32,000 nucleotides of DNA from Nitratidesulfovibrio vulgaris str. Hildenborough (GCF_000195755.1 NC_002937.3:1860001-1892000); one strand, 5' to 3'. Counted from the first letter of the stretch, positions 8,457-17,976 are shown. Notes: generated by a model not told the origin, from the letters alone. Numbers and translations are program-made.

Positions 8457-9920
8457 ATGAAGCACCAGCACCTCATGTGGAACATCGGCCTCAGCGACCT
8501 CGACGCGGCCCGCATCAGCGAGTTCGCAGGCGCAGGCTACACCATGCAGACCGTCCCTGCCGACGCCCTGCCAAGCCCGGACGACCTCGAACGCGAGGCG
8601 CCATGCATCATATGGGTGGCGGCGTCTGTACAGGCGGCCCTTGCCGCACATCCACGCCAACTGCGCCAGCATCTCGAACTCGTGCCGCGAGCGCTTGTTC
8701 TCGACGTCAGCTACACGCAAAACGACCTCGAACAGGCTCTCGACCTCGACTTCTCGGAAATCGTACGCCATCCCATCTCGCGCAAGCGAGTGCTCACCGT
8801 GTTGCGCCGCGCCGTCGAGACCCGCAATGTCCATCAGGACATTCTGCGCATGACGCGGGAGATTCTCCTCGAACGCGAATTGCTCGCACGGAAGAACGAC
8901 CTGCTCTCCTTTGTCGTCACTTTTCTGACAAGAACGACAGAGAGCCTCGACATCGCAGACATTCTCATCAACGCTCGCGAAGGATTCGGCAAACTCCTGC
9001 CCGTGACGGGTCTTCATGCCATTCTGTGGCCGCCCTCGCCCACGGAGGGCGCACATGACGCCGAACTCTTCATCGGCGCCTACAGGCAGACAGAAGCCCA
9101 TGCGGCATGGACACGCCTGCTTCTGGAGTCTGCACACAGACTCGCCCGACACGACGTGGCAGAATACCGCACGACGGCATTGACGCACGACGAACCGTCG
9201 CCCCTGCCCGAAGCAGGACGAGTGATGATGCTGCCCCTTGGCAACGGCAAGAACACCTTCGGGGCCATAGCCATGGCTCTCGCCGAGACACCGGCGCTGG
9301 GCAAGGACCAGGCACAGGCCCTCGACTCTGTCATGCGTCACCTCACGCTCGCGCTCCGCAATGCCGTCGTATACCGTGAAATCAAGCTTCAGGCCGACCA
9401 TGACGCGCTCACGCAGTTGCACAACAGGCGCAGCTTCGATCATCGGCTGGCCGAAGAAGTCGACCGCCATCAGCGTTACGGGATGCCCATGACGCTGCTC
9501 ATGCTCGACATCGACCATTTCAAGGCCGTCAACGACACCTACGGACACCCGGCAGGAGATGCCGTCCTGCGCGAAGTCGCGCAGACCATGCGTAACGCCT
9601 GTCGCACGACAGACTTCGCGGCCCGCTACGGCGGCGAAGAGTTCTGCGTCATCCTTCCGCATACCGACGGCAAATGCGGACGCATCTTTGCCGAACGGTT
9701 ACGCAAACGCCTCGCTTCCAGCAGGGTCGAAGTGGACGGCAAGACCATCGCCGTCACCGTGAGCATAGGCCTTGCCACGCTTTCCGCGGCAGCACCGCTC
9801 TCCCCGGAAAGGCTCGTCTGTGAAGCGGATGGAGCCCTCTACGCAGCCAAGGCCGCCGGGCGCAACATCGTCTGCGAGGCGCAGGAACCCTGCCAGAGAG
9901 CGAATGCGTTACGCGCGTGA
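8457..9920 (+). CDS. Diguanylate cyclase: pseudo-receiver N-terminus, GAF-like middle region and GGDEF domain (GGEEF active site, RxxD I-site)
   Basis: The C-terminus reads ALTQLHNRRSFDHRL...LLMLDIDHFKAVNDTYGHPAGDAVLREVA...RTTDFAARYGGEEF. RTTD sits five residues before GGEEF. ATG 8457 (MKHQHL) is preceded by a G-rich SD; ATG 8442 is an alternative start. Confidence 0.9.
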   Translation: MKHQHLMWNIGLSDLDAARISEFAGAGYTMQTVPADALPSPDDLEREAPCIIWVAASVQAALAAHPRQLRQHLELVPRALVLDVSYTQNDLEQALDLDFSEIVRHPISRKRVLTVLRRAVETRNVHQDILRMTREILLERELLARKNDLLSFVVTFLTRTTESLDIADILINAREGFGKLLPVTGLHAILWPPSPTEGAHDAELFIGAYRQTEAHAAWTRLLLESAHRLARHDVAEYRTTALTHDEPSPLPEAGRVMMLPLGNGKNTFGAIAMALAETPALGKDQAQALDSVMRHLTLALRNAVVYREIKLQADHDALTQLHNRRSFDHRLAEEVDRHQRYGMPMTLLMLDIDHFKAVNDTYGHPAGDAVLREVAQTMRNACRTTDFAARYGGEEFCVILPHTDGKCGRIFAERLRKRLASSRVEVDGKTIAVTVSIGLATLSAAAPLSPERLVCEADGALYAAKAAGRNIVCEAQEPCQRANALRA

Positions 9921-9947
9921 CCTGCAACGACGCATGGATTCGATTAT

Positions 9948-9980
9948 GCAAAGAGGCCGGAATGGATCCGGCCTCTTTGC
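9948..9980. terminator. Perfect 13-bp hairpin between convergent genes (GGDEF gene and mgtE)
   Basis: GCAAAGAGGCCGG-aatggat-CCGGCCTCTTTGC. There is no clear U-tract on either strand. Confidence 0.5.
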
Positions 9981-10155
9981 GTAGCATGACATGAGCTTCG
10001 CGGGCTTGCAGCATCAACGGGGTTCGCTCATCGAACGCACGACGCCACGGCGCTTACCCGCGCCAGTAGCAAGCCCTCCTGTTCGCACCTCTCGACGGGG
10101 CCCGCACATGCCGTGACTGGACACAACGCGGCAGGAGGCAGACGCCCCGCGCATG

Positions 10156-11526
10156 TCAGAGAAGCAGAAGCGAGGCAAGCCCCAGAAAGATGAAGAACCC
10201 CGCACCATCGGTGATAGCCGTCAGGAAAATGCTCGAAGCCTGCGCCGGGTCGCGTCCCAGTGCCCTGAAGATAAGGGGAATGGAACCGCCAGCCACGGCC
10301 CCGAGCAGCATGTCGCAAAGCAGCGCGAGGCCCATGACGGCCGCAAGCGCACCCTTTCCGGAGATGGCCCAGATGACCGCGCAGACGAGAACAGCCATGA
10401 TGACACCCGAAGCGAGGCCTATCTTGCCCTCTCGTGCCACGGCCCGCCACGACTTGCGGCTGTCGAACCTGTCCACCGCCAGCTGCCTGATCATCACCGC
10501 CAGCGCCTGCTGCCCAGTGTTGCCCGCCTGATTCGCGACCATGGGCATGAGCACGGCGAGTATGGCCATCTGGGCGATGCTGCCCTCGAACATGTAGACC
10601 ACCGACGCGGAAAGCGCCGAATTGAGCATGTTGACCACCAGCCACGGCAGGCGCTTGACCAGCGACTCGAACCACGGCGTATCCACCGTCTCGTCCTGCG
10701 CTGCACCCACCATGCCCAGCATGTCTTCGCTGGCCTCTTCCTGAATGATGTCGAAGATGTCGTCGTAGGTGACGACGCCAAGGATGCGCCCTTCGTAGTC
10801 AACAACGGGCATGGCCATGAAATTGTAGTGCCCCAGCAGGTGGGCCACCTCTTCCTTGTCCTGGTCGAACAATACGGAGATGACGTTCTGGTTGCCCACC
10901 TCATCGCGCAGACGAACTCCCGGACGGCTGAGAAGCAGGTCGCGCAACGAAAGGACGCCTATGAGGCGGTCGTCGATATCGACCACATAGGCATAATAGG
11001 GGTTTTCCTTGTCCTCGATCTCGCGGCGAATCTGAAGTATCGCCTGATCCGCAGTGAGTTGTTCGTCAAGGATGACGATCTCGGTGTTCATGACCCCGCC
11101 CGCGGTGTCGGGGTCGAAAGCCATGAGGTGACGAATCTCGTCGGCGTCCTCGGTATCGAGGTTGTTCAGCAGGACATCGCGGTGGTCTTCGTCGAGTTCG
11201 TCGAGCACGTCCGCCGCGTCGTCGGGGGACATCTCGGCGAGAATCTGCGCGGCCACATCGGCGTCGAGGTTCTCAAGAAGGTCGACGCGGACGTGTTCAT
11301 CAAGCTCGGCAAGGGCTTCAGCCGCATCTTCGGCTGGCAGGTTCCTGAGGACGCAGACCTGCTTTTCCAGCGAGAGGTTCTCGATGTGCTCTGCAACGTC
11401 GGCCGGGTGCGCGTACTCCGTATCGGTGTCGACAAGCCCCGCGCACGGGTCGCCCGCGGGCATGTCTTCGTGCGGGGCATGCCGCCTTCCACGGCCTTCG
11501 GAGATACCGCTCTCTTCATCTTTCAT
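10156..11526 (-). CDS. mgtE: Magnesium transporter MgtE
   Basis: 456 aa. It has the acidic MgtE N-domain (LAELDEHVRVDLLENLDADVAAQILAEMSPDDAADVLDELD), tandem CBS region and a C-terminal 5-TM channel domain. GGGGGAA SD lies before the ATG. Confidence 0.95.
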   Translation of the reverse strand: MKDEESGISEGRGRRHAPHEDMPAGDPCAGLVDTDTEYAHPADVAEHIENLSLEKQVCVLRNLPAEDAAEALAELDEHVRVDLLENLDADVAAQILAEMSPDDAADVLDELDEDHRDVLLNNLDTEDADEIRHLMAFDPDTAGGVMNTEIVILDEQLTADQAILQIRREIEDKENPYYAYVVDIDDRLIGVLSLRDLLLSRPGVRLRDEVGNQNVISVLFDQDKEEVAHLLGHYNFMAMPVVDYEGRILGVVTYDDIFDIIQEEASEDMLGMVGAAQDETVDTPWFESLVKRLPWLVVNMLNSALSASVVYMFEGSIAQMAILAVLMPMVANQAGNTGQQALAVMIRQLAVDRFDSRKSWRAVAREGKIGLASGVIMAVLVCAVIWAISGKGALAAVMGLALLCDMLLGAVAGGSIPLIFRALGRDPAQASSIFLTAITDGAGFFIFLGLASLLLL

Positions 11527-11583
11527 GGTGATTCCCCCGCACGGATTGAGGCTTGCGGCCCCGCAGCAGGCGGCACCGACGGC

Positions 11584-11612
11584 TTGACCAAAGCACTGCC
11601 GTCACCTAGTAC
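11584..11612 (+). promoter_or_regulatory. Weak candidate sigma-70 promoter for nadCAB
   Basis: TTGACC (11584-11589), 17-nt spacer, TAGTAC (11607-11612). The -10 hexamer is poor. Confidence 0.2.
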
Positions 11613-11669
11613 ACTCGCACGGGGCGACCGGCGCCCGTCCTGTAGCATCCGACGCCCCGAGGAACAAGT

Positions 11670-12557
11670 ATGCCACATCCTGATTTCACAGCATTCTTCT
11701 CCGGCACGGCCCTCGACCGTCTTACCGCCGCCATAGACCTTGCCCTCGTCGAGGACGGCCCCGACCTCACCTCCGATGCCGTCTTCTCACCCGAAGACAG
11801 ACTCGAAGCCGTGGTCGTGGCCAAGCAACACACGCTCGTGGCGGGCCTGCCCATCGCCCCCATCATTCTCGACCGCTGCCCGGAAGTCCATCCCTATACC
11901 CTTGAGATGCCTGTACGCGATGGCGACAGACTCGCCCCCGGCGATACGGCCCTCCGCGTAGCCGGAAGCGCACGGCACATCCTCAAGGCTGAACGGGTCA
12001 TCCTCAACTTCATGACCCATCTTTCAGGCATAGCCAACCTGACGCACGACTATGTGACGGCCCTTGAGGGAACCCATACGCGCCTTCTCGACACGCGCAA
12101 GACCCTCCCCGGCCTGCGGCATGTCGAGAAATACGCCGTGCTCGTTGGCGGCGGCCTCAACCACCGCATCGACCTTGCAGAGATGCTCATGCTCAAGGAC
12201 AACCATATCGATGCGGCAGGTTCCATCACCGCAGCCGTCACACGTCTGCGCACGGCGTATGCCCCCTGCCCCCCCATCGAAGTGGAATGCCGCACCATGG
12301 AAGAGGTCGCCGAAGCCGTTGCCTGCCACGTCGACCGCATCATGCTGGACAACATGACGCCAGAGGCCATGCGTGCCGCGCTGGGCATCATCCCGCGTAC
12401 CATCGAGACGGAGACAAGCGGCGGCGTCACCCTCGAAACCATCCGCAGTCTGGCACTCGTGGGCGACCGCGGCCCGGATTTCATAAGCGTGGGTCGCCTT
12501 ACCCATTCGGCACCCGCTGCGGACTTCAGCATGCGCATCAGCAAGGAGCATCCATGA
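11670..12557 (+). CDS. nadC: Nicotinate-nucleotide pyrophosphorylase (carboxylating) / quinolinate phosphoribosyltransferase
   Basis: 295 aa with ERVILNFMTHLSGIANLT, LLDTRKTLPGLR, KYAVLVGGGLNHR and LKDNHI motifs. GAGGAA SD. Confidence 0.95.
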   Translation: MPHPDFTAFFSGTALDRLTAAIDLALVEDGPDLTSDAVFSPEDRLEAVVVAKQHTLVAGLPIAPIILDRCPEVHPYTLEMPVRDGDRLAPGDTALRVAGSARHILKAERVILNFMTHLSGIANLTHDYVTALEGTHTRLLDTRKTLPGLRHVEKYAVLVGGGLNHRIDLAEMLMLKDNHIDAAGSITAAVTRLRTAYAPCPPIEVECRTMEEVAEAVACHVDRIMLDNMTPEAMRAALGIIPRTIETETSGGVTLETIRSLALVGDRGPDFISVGRLTHSAPAADFSMRISKEHP

Positions 12558-13630
12558 CCCTCCATCGCCCCACGCCCGCATCCTCCGGTGAAACGCCACA
12601 AGACGTGGCACGTCGTATCGACGCCCTGCGGGGGCAGCTTGGCGACGACGTGCTCGTCATGGGGCACCATTACCAGCACGATTCGGTCATCCGCCACACC
12701 GACCTGCGCGGCGATTCGCTGGAACTTGCACGCAAGGTGGATGCCATCAGCGCGAAGCACATCGTCTTCTGCGGTGTCTATTTCATGGCCGAATCGGCAG
12801 CCTTGCTCGCGCGTGACGGGCAGTCCGTGCACATCCCGGAAAGCGACGCCAACTGCGTCATGTCGCAGATGGCCCCCGCACAGCGCGTGGATGCGGTGCT
12901 GCGAAATCTCTCCGGGACCGGACGCAATGTCATACCACTGGCCTACGTGAACACTTCGCTGGCGGTCAAAGCCGTCGTCGGACGGCACGGCGGTGCCGTG
13001 TGCACCTCTGCCAATGCGAAGACGATGCTGACGTGGGCGCGCGAACGGGCTGACGCAGTGGTCTTCCTGCCGGACAAGAACCTTGCCCGGAACACGGCAG
13101 ACCTTCTCGGCATCGCCGAAGACCGGAGACATATCCTCGACATCCGGGACGGAGGCGCGGCTGTGGACATGGACGCCGCATCAGGGGCCGAACTTCTGAT
13201 GTGGCCCGGCTGTTGCGCCATCCACGCCCGGTTCAACCTGCGCCAGATGGAACGCATGAGGGACGAGCACCCCGGGTGCCGCATCGCCGTCCACCCCGAA
13301 TGTTCGCCCGAGGTGGTTCGCGCCGCCGACGCCGCAGGATCAACGTCGTTCCTCATCCGTTACGCCGAAGAACAGAAGCCCGGTACGACGCTCGTCATCG
13401 GCACTGAAATCAACCTCGTCGAACGCCTTGCGGCGCAACACGCCGGACGCATCACCGTATTGCCGCTCCTTGAGAGCGGCTGTTCCCACATGGCGCGTGT
13501 GACAGCACCCAAGCTTCTCGCCACGCTCGAATCCATCGCCAGCGGCACGGCCTCACCCGTAGCCATCCCCCTCGACCTGCAGGACGACGCGCACGCCGCC
13601 CTCCAACGCATGCTAGAAGCATGTGCCTAA
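12554..13630 (+). CDS. nadA: Quinolinate synthase
   Basis: The track ORF 12287-13630 is over-extended. ATG 12554 overlaps the nadC TGA (ATGA). The sequence (VLVMGHHYQHDSVIRHTDLRGDSLELARK...FCGVYFMAESAA...) is NadA-like. Confidence 0.92.
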   Translation: MTLHRPTPASSGETPQDVARRIDALRGQLGDDVLVMGHHYQHDSVIRHTDLRGDSLELARKVDAISAKHIVFCGVYFMAESAALLARDGQSVHIPESDANCVMSQMAPAQRVDAVLRNLSGTGRNVIPLAYVNTSLAVKAVVGRHGGAVCTSANAKTMLTWARERADAVVFLPDKNLARNTADLLGIAEDRRHILDIRDGGAAVDMDAASGAELLMWPGCCAIHARFNLRQMERMRDEHPGCRIAVHPECSPEVVRAADAAGSTSFLIRYAEEQKPGTTLVIGTEINLVERLAAQHAGRITVLPLLESGCSHMARVTAPKLLATLESIASGTASPVAIPLDLQDDAHAALQRMLEACA

Positions 13631-13642
13631 AACGGTAACGCC

Positions 13643-15229
13643 ATGAGCACCAACAGGTTTCACACGCCCGTCCTCGTCATCGGCAGCGGTATCGCCGGTT
13701 GCACCGCCGCCCTCACCCTCGCCGACCTCGGGGCCGAGGTCACCCTCATCTCCACCGGCACACGCCTCGACACCGGCAATTCGCCGCTTGCGCAGGGAGG
13801 CATCGTCTTCAAGGCAGTGGACGGCGACCCGCGTCTTCTCGAACACGACATCATGGTCGCCGGGCACCATATCAACTACCGCCGCGCTGTACGACAGATC
13901 AGCGTGAAAGGCCCGCAGGCGGTACAGGGCATTCTCGTCGACAGGCTCGGCATTCCCTTCGCACGAAGCGGAAAACCCCAGTGCGAATGGGACCTCACCA
14001 TGGAAGGTGGGCACGCGGCGCACCGCATCATGCACTGTGCCGACTACACGGGCCGCGCCATCATGGATGGCCTCATCGCCGCCATCGAAGAGGCACCCAA
14101 CGTACGAGTCCTCTCCGGAAGGACGGCGGTCGACCTGCTCACCACGCACCATCAGGCCCGCAGCAACGAATTCCGCTATCAGATCAACAACCAGTGCGTC
14201 GGAGCCTATGTCCTCAACGAGCATACCCGCTCGGTGGAGACCATGCTGGCGGACGTCACTGTCCTTGCCACCGGCGGGGTCGGTCAGGTCTACCTGCACA
14301 CGACCAACAGCCCCAATGCCATCGGGTCGGGCGTATCCATGGCACAGCGCGCGGGGGTACGCATCGAGAACGCCGAGTTCGTGCAGTTCCACCCCACGGC
14401 CCTCTTCCACCGCTCGCAACGTCGCTTCCTCATCTCGGAGGCGTTGCGAGGCGAAGGCGGGAGACTGGTCAACGGGTCTGGCGAAGCCTTCATGCACAAC
14501 TACGACCGCCGGGGCGACCTCGCGCCCCGCGACATCGTGGCGCGTGCCATCGTCGAAGAGATGCTCCGTACCGGTGAGGACTGCGTCTACCTTGATGCAT
14601 CGCAGGTCGAACAGGACCTTGAACAGCGGTTCCCGACCATCTACCAGCACTGTCAGGACATGGGCATCGACATCAGGGTCGAACCCATTCCCGTCGTTCC
14701 CGCCGCCCATTACTTCTGCGGCGGCATCCTCACCGACCTCACAGGGCGCACCACCCTGGACAGGCTCTATGCCGTGGGGGAATGCGCCTGTACCGGGGTG
14801 CACGGGGCGAACCGCCTCGCCAGCACGTCACTTCTGGAAGCCCTGCTATGGGGCCGCACGGCGGGTGAAGACATCGCACGCAGGCTGCACAGGCAACGCC
14901 CCATGAGCAAACGGCTTCATGCCGCCATCCCCGACTGGCAGCCGCTTGGTGACGAACGCAACGACGACCCGGCACTGGTCGCACAGGATTGGGCCACCAT
15001 CAGGCACACCATGTGGAACTATGTCGGCATCACCCGCAGCACGGGCAGACTTCGCCGTGCGTTCGAAGACCTGCGCGACCTGTCGCGCCACCTGCACGAC
15101 TTCTACAAGCGCACGACGCTCTCAAAACCGCTGGTCGACCTCTTCCATGGCTGCCACACGGCCTATACCATAACGCAGGCGGCACTCCGCAACCGCCAGA
15201 GTCTGGGCTGCCATTATCGCATAGATTGA
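13643..15229 (+). CDS. nadB: L-aspartate oxidase
   Basis: 528 aa. It has an N-terminal FAD dinucleotide fold (VLVIGSGIAGCTAAL), HPTAL, RGEGG and GECACTGVHGANRLASTSLLE motifs. Confidence 0.95.
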   Translation: MSTNRFHTPVLVIGSGIAGCTAALTLADLGAEVTLISTGTRLDTGNSPLAQGGIVFKAVDGDPRLLEHDIMVAGHHINYRRAVRQISVKGPQAVQGILVDRLGIPFARSGKPQCEWDLTMEGGHAAHRIMHCADYTGRAIMDGLIAAIEEAPNVRVLSGRTAVDLLTTHHQARSNEFRYQINNQCVGAYVLNEHTRSVETMLADVTVLATGGVGQVYLHTTNSPNAIGSGVSMAQRAGVRIENAEFVQFHPTALFHRSQRRFLISEALRGEGGRLVNGSGEAFMHNYDRRGDLAPRDIVARAIVEEMLRTGEDCVYLDASQVEQDLEQRFPTIYQHCQDMGIDIRVEPIPVVPAAHYFCGGILTDLTGRTTLDRLYAVGECACTGVHGANRLASTSLLEALLWGRTAGEDIARRLHRQRPMSKRLHAAIPDWQPLGDERNDDPALVAQDWATIRHTMWNYVGITRSTGRLRRAFEDLRDLSRHLHDFYKRTTLSKPLVDLFHGCHTAYTITQAALRNRQSLGCHYRID

Positions 15230-15247
15230 TGGTATCCCCGCAACATC

Positions 15248-15288
15248 GACGCAAAAGGGCCCCCCGAGAGGGGTGGCCCTTTTGCGTC
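15248..15288. terminator. Strong hairpin between convergent nadB and the end of the oxidase operon
   Basis: GACGCAAAAGGGCC / GGCCCTTTTGCGTC (14 bp), extended by CCCC-gaga-GGGG. There is no obvious U-tract. Confidence 0.55.
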
Positions 15289-15339
15289 TGCCCATTACAG
15301 CGCATGCATCACGCAGTGCACGCTGCCGTATTGCGACGT

Positions 15340-15762
15340 TCACATCAGGTAAAGCCGCACCAGCGAGACGCCCGTCCACAGTTGCCATAGAGCAAGCGCC
15401 ACAAGCACCAGGTTGTTCACGCCATGCACCAGCGGCAGCCACTTGCGACGTCTCTTCTCCTTGTCCAGTCTGTAGCCCGTCATATAGCCGATGACGCATA
15501 GCGGCAGCATGACCAGACCGACATACGCGTGCACACCGGTAAGAAAAAGATTGCGCCAGTAGAACCACACCAGCAGCGACCCCAGAAGCCCACCGCCCAG
15601 CCATAGGGCGATGGCGTAGGTCCCCCATCGCACATGCTGTTTCCAAGGAAAGACGCACTTCTGCCCGCAATGGACGGCAAGAAAACGTTTCCAGCCGAAC
15701 AGCACGGCAGGGACGGAGAGGACCAGGGCAATCACCTGCACAAGAGGATGCGACCAGAGCAT
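15340..15762 (-). CDS. Small integral membrane protein (140 aa, about 4 TM, several His); last gene of the oxidase operon
   Basis: The track ORF 15340-15951 is over-extended. ATG 15762 (MLWSHPLVQV...) is preceded by GGAGG with a 5-nt spacer, 17 nt after the ctaB stop. It has four hydrophobic helices with His in or near helices 1, 3 and 4. Confidence 0.7.
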   Translation of the reverse strand: MLWSHPLVQVIALVLSVPAVLFGWKRFLAVHCGQKCVFPWKQHVRWGTYAIALWLGGGLLGSLLVWFYWRNLFLTGVHAYVGLVMLPLCVIGYMTGYRLDKEKRRRKWLPLVHGVNNLVLVALALWQLWTGVSLVRLYLM

Positions 15763-15779
15763 GTACGCCTCCGAAGGAG

Positions 15780-16643
15780 TCAGAACAACGATACGGGAAT
15801 GGCGAGCCTGTCGATGAGGAGTACCACCATTACAGCACAAAGTACCGCGTCGGCAATATGGAGTGCCACGCGCCGTTTGCGAACCGCCAGCATGGCGGCG
15901 AAGAGAAGCGCAATCCCGCACAGGGTTACCATGATGCGCATGCCCACCCACTCCAGCAACGGAAAGGCTGGCACCATCAGCACCGCTACGGCATAGGCGT
16001 GAAACCAGACCTTCAGCAGTCTGGCATAGCGTTCGTGCGGCAATGAGAGCAGCGGCAGAGGCAGGCGCGCCTTGCGATAGGCTTCCCGGTCACGCGCCGC
16101 GTGCAGCCAGAAATGGGGAATCTGCCATAGCAGATACAACGTATAGACGACCACCAGCATAGGAGATGCCGGGTGCCCCCCCACAGCCAGCCATCCGACC
16201 ACAGGCGGCATGGCACCGGCTGCCGCCCCCACCAGCAACGCGAAGGAGGTCCGTCTTTTCAGCGGGGTATACAACCCGTTGTAGACCGCCACGATGCCGA
16301 TTCCGACCAGTAGCGACGTAAGTCCCCCCGCGAGACACAGCACCATCCAGCCGACAGTGACAAGGGCAAGCCCCATGAGTGAACCGTACATGTGGCCGAT
16401 ACGCCCGCAGGGTATGGGGCGTGAGGCCGTACGGGGAATGACGGCGTCGAGGTCTGCCTCCTGCACCTGATTGATAGCGGAACACCCCCCGGCCAGAAGA
16501 AACGTGGCAAGAGAGGCGAGAAGGTGCGTTATCGTCACGTGGGGGACAGCCAGCATGGCACCGAAGAAGGTCGCCCCGGCTACCATGAGGCTCACCCTCC
16601 ACCGGATGAGCATGGCGACGTCTGCAATGGTACAGCGCCCCAT
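15780..16643 (-). CDS. ctaB: Protohaem IX farnesyltransferase (haem O synthase), UbiA family
   Basis: UbiA-type motifs (GGCSAINQVQEADLDAVIPRTASRPIP; YTPLKRRT). ATG 16643 is preceded by AGGAG with a 7-nt spacer. The track start at 16721 would overlap coxII. Confidence 0.9.
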   Translation of the reverse strand: MGRCTIADVAMLIRWRVSLMVAGATFFGAMLAVPHVTITHLLASLATFLLAGGCSAINQVQEADLDAVIPRTASRPIPCGRIGHMYGSLMGLALVTVGWMVLCLAGGLTSLLVGIGIVAVYNGLYTPLKRRTSFALLVGAAAGAMPPVVGWLAVGGHPASPMLVVVYTLYLLWQIPHFWLHAARDREAYRKARLPLPLLSLPHERYARLLKVWFHAYAVAVLMVPAFPLLEWVGMRIMVTLCGIALLFAAMLAVRKRRVALHIADAVLCAVMVVLLIDRLAIPVSLF

Positions 16644-16686
16644 CACGAGACTCCTGAAACCGTCATGACAGTCATGTCGTCGCCTG

Positions 16687-17967
16687 TCACTGAGTCTTGC
16701 CCGCGGGGGATGTGCCTCCATGCAGTCCCGGTGACGACGCGTCTGCAGGAGCCTTATCGGGCGTGCCGGACAATGAGCGCATATAGTCCATCATGGCTTC
16801 CATCTGCTCTGGTGTGAAACTATCGTATCCGGGCATCAACGGGTCCCACCCTTTCGACAGCTTCTTCTGCGGCGCGACAATGGACTCGCGCACATAGTCG
16901 GCATCGACCTTCACCCGCTTCGGAACGCCATCGACCAGCACATCGACCTCGCTACCCCACAGGTTCTTGAACGTGGGACCGGCTACGACCGACCCATCTG
17001 TCGAGTGACACGACAGGCAGCCCTCCTGTTCCATGAGCCGTCTGCCCTCTTCGCGCGTGAGGCCGTTACCGTGCATGAACCAGGCGATCATATCCTCGAA
17101 ATCCTGCTCGGGAACGACCCCCTCCGTTGAAGGCATGATGGGGTCGAAACCTTCCACAAGCTCGGCATTGGGGTCTTTCAGCGCCCGGCGCAGATAGGCT
17201 TCGTCGACGATGATCTTGCGCTTGCTTCCATCACCGAGAACGACCACCCGTTCTGCTCCGTACAGCCCCTTGAACGTGGTGCCCGGGCCGGGACTTCCGT
17301 CCAGAGAATGGCACGAGATGCAACCATAGGCGTCGAGAAGAGCCCGCCCCTTGCCCCCCGGCGCTTCGGACGATTCAAGCCATTTACGGAACTCATCCGG
17401 CTCGACGGCCTTTACGACAGAAAGCATGTTCGCATGTTTGAGACCACAGTATTCGGCGCACAGGATGTCGAACTCTCCGGGACCATCCGTCTTGAACCAT
17501 GCGTAGGTCTGCATGCCCGGCACCGTGTCCATCTTGATACGGAAGGCGGGTATATACAGGCTGTGGATGACATCCACGGACGTCATGTCGAGCTTCACGG
17601 GCTTTCCGGCGGGAACATAGAGGACGCTGCTGCGTTTGCCGTTGGGATACTCGAATATCCACGACCACATCCGCGCCTTGACGCCCACCTCCAGCGCATC
17701 GGCGGGCACGGTTCGCAACGCCTTGTAGCCAGCCCATCCGTAATAGAACAGGGCCATCACGATGAGGGTGGGTATGAGCGTCCACGCCGTTTCGGCAAGA
17801 ACGCTACCCGGAATCTCTGTGGCGACGGGGTTGCGCCTGTGGTCATACCGCCACACGAACCAGAGCATCGTGGCGGTGATGCCGAGAAGCATGATCGCAG
17901 AGACCCCGAAGATGACATAGAAGGCAAGGTCGACCTGCTGCACCGGTGAAAGCGACTGCGGATACAT
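16687..17967 (-). CDS. coxB: Cytochrome c oxidase subunit II with two fused C-terminal c-type haem domains
   Basis: Two N-terminal TM helices, a CuA site (HSLYIP...CAEYCGLKHANM), then two CxxCH motifs (CISCH, CLSCH). ATG 17967 lies 5 nt after GGAGG; the track uses GTG 17973. Confidence 0.92.
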   Translation of the reverse strand: MYPQSLSPVQQVDLAFYVIFGVSAIMLLGITATMLWFVWRYDHRRNPVATEIPGSVLAETAWTLIPTLIVMALFYYGWAGYKALRTVPADALEVGVKARMWSWIFEYPNGKRSSVLYVPAGKPVKLDMTSVDVIHSLYIPAFRIKMDTVPGMQTYAWFKTDGPGEFDILCAEYCGLKHANMLSVVKAVEPDEFRKWLESSEAPGGKGRALLDAYGCISCHSLDGSPGPGTTFKGLYGAERVVVLGDGSKRKIIVDEAYLRRALKDPNAELVEGFDPIMPSTEGVVPEQDFEDMIAWFMHGNGLTREEGRRLMEQEGCLSCHSTDGSVVAGPTFKNLWGSEVDVLVDGVPKRVKVDADYVRESIVAPQKKLSKGWDPLMPGYDSFTPEQMEAMMDYMRSLSGTPDKAPADASSPGLHGGTSPAGKTQ

Positions 17968-17976
17968 GCCCACCTC

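Noticed and set aside
9981-10155. 175-nt untranslated stretch between the mgtE stop and the convergent hairpin; possible small RNA or small ORF
   Set aside because: It contains only a short 5-bp stem (GTTCG-ctcat-CGAAC), with no promoter-like or terminator-like elements and no credible small ORF. It is most simply a long 3-prime UTR.
11527-11669. Riboswitch in the mgtE leader (M-box) or the nadC leader (NAD-class riboswitch)
   Set aside because: The shared divergent spacer is only 143 nt. I could not recognise conserved cores of either RNA class. An Infernal scan would be needed, so no claim is made.
10153-11736. 527-aa plus-strand ORF opposite mgtE
   Set aside because: It is antisense to a clearly identifiable MgtE gene. 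Its composition is biased (D/V/H/R-rich), it has no motifs and no SD. The same reasoning applies to 8406-9662 (opposite the GGDEF gene), 12050-13132 and 12024-12611 (opposite nadC/nadA), 13613-14803 (opposite nadB), 4422-5363 (opposite the hydrolase), 22057-23289 and 23530-24543 (opposite secF/secD), 18970-19626 and 19756-20670 (opposite coxI), 20730-21410 (opposite SCO1), 26026-27305 and 27785-29317 (opposite the glutamate synthase genes), and 30798-31289 and 31425-31943 (opposite mtaD).
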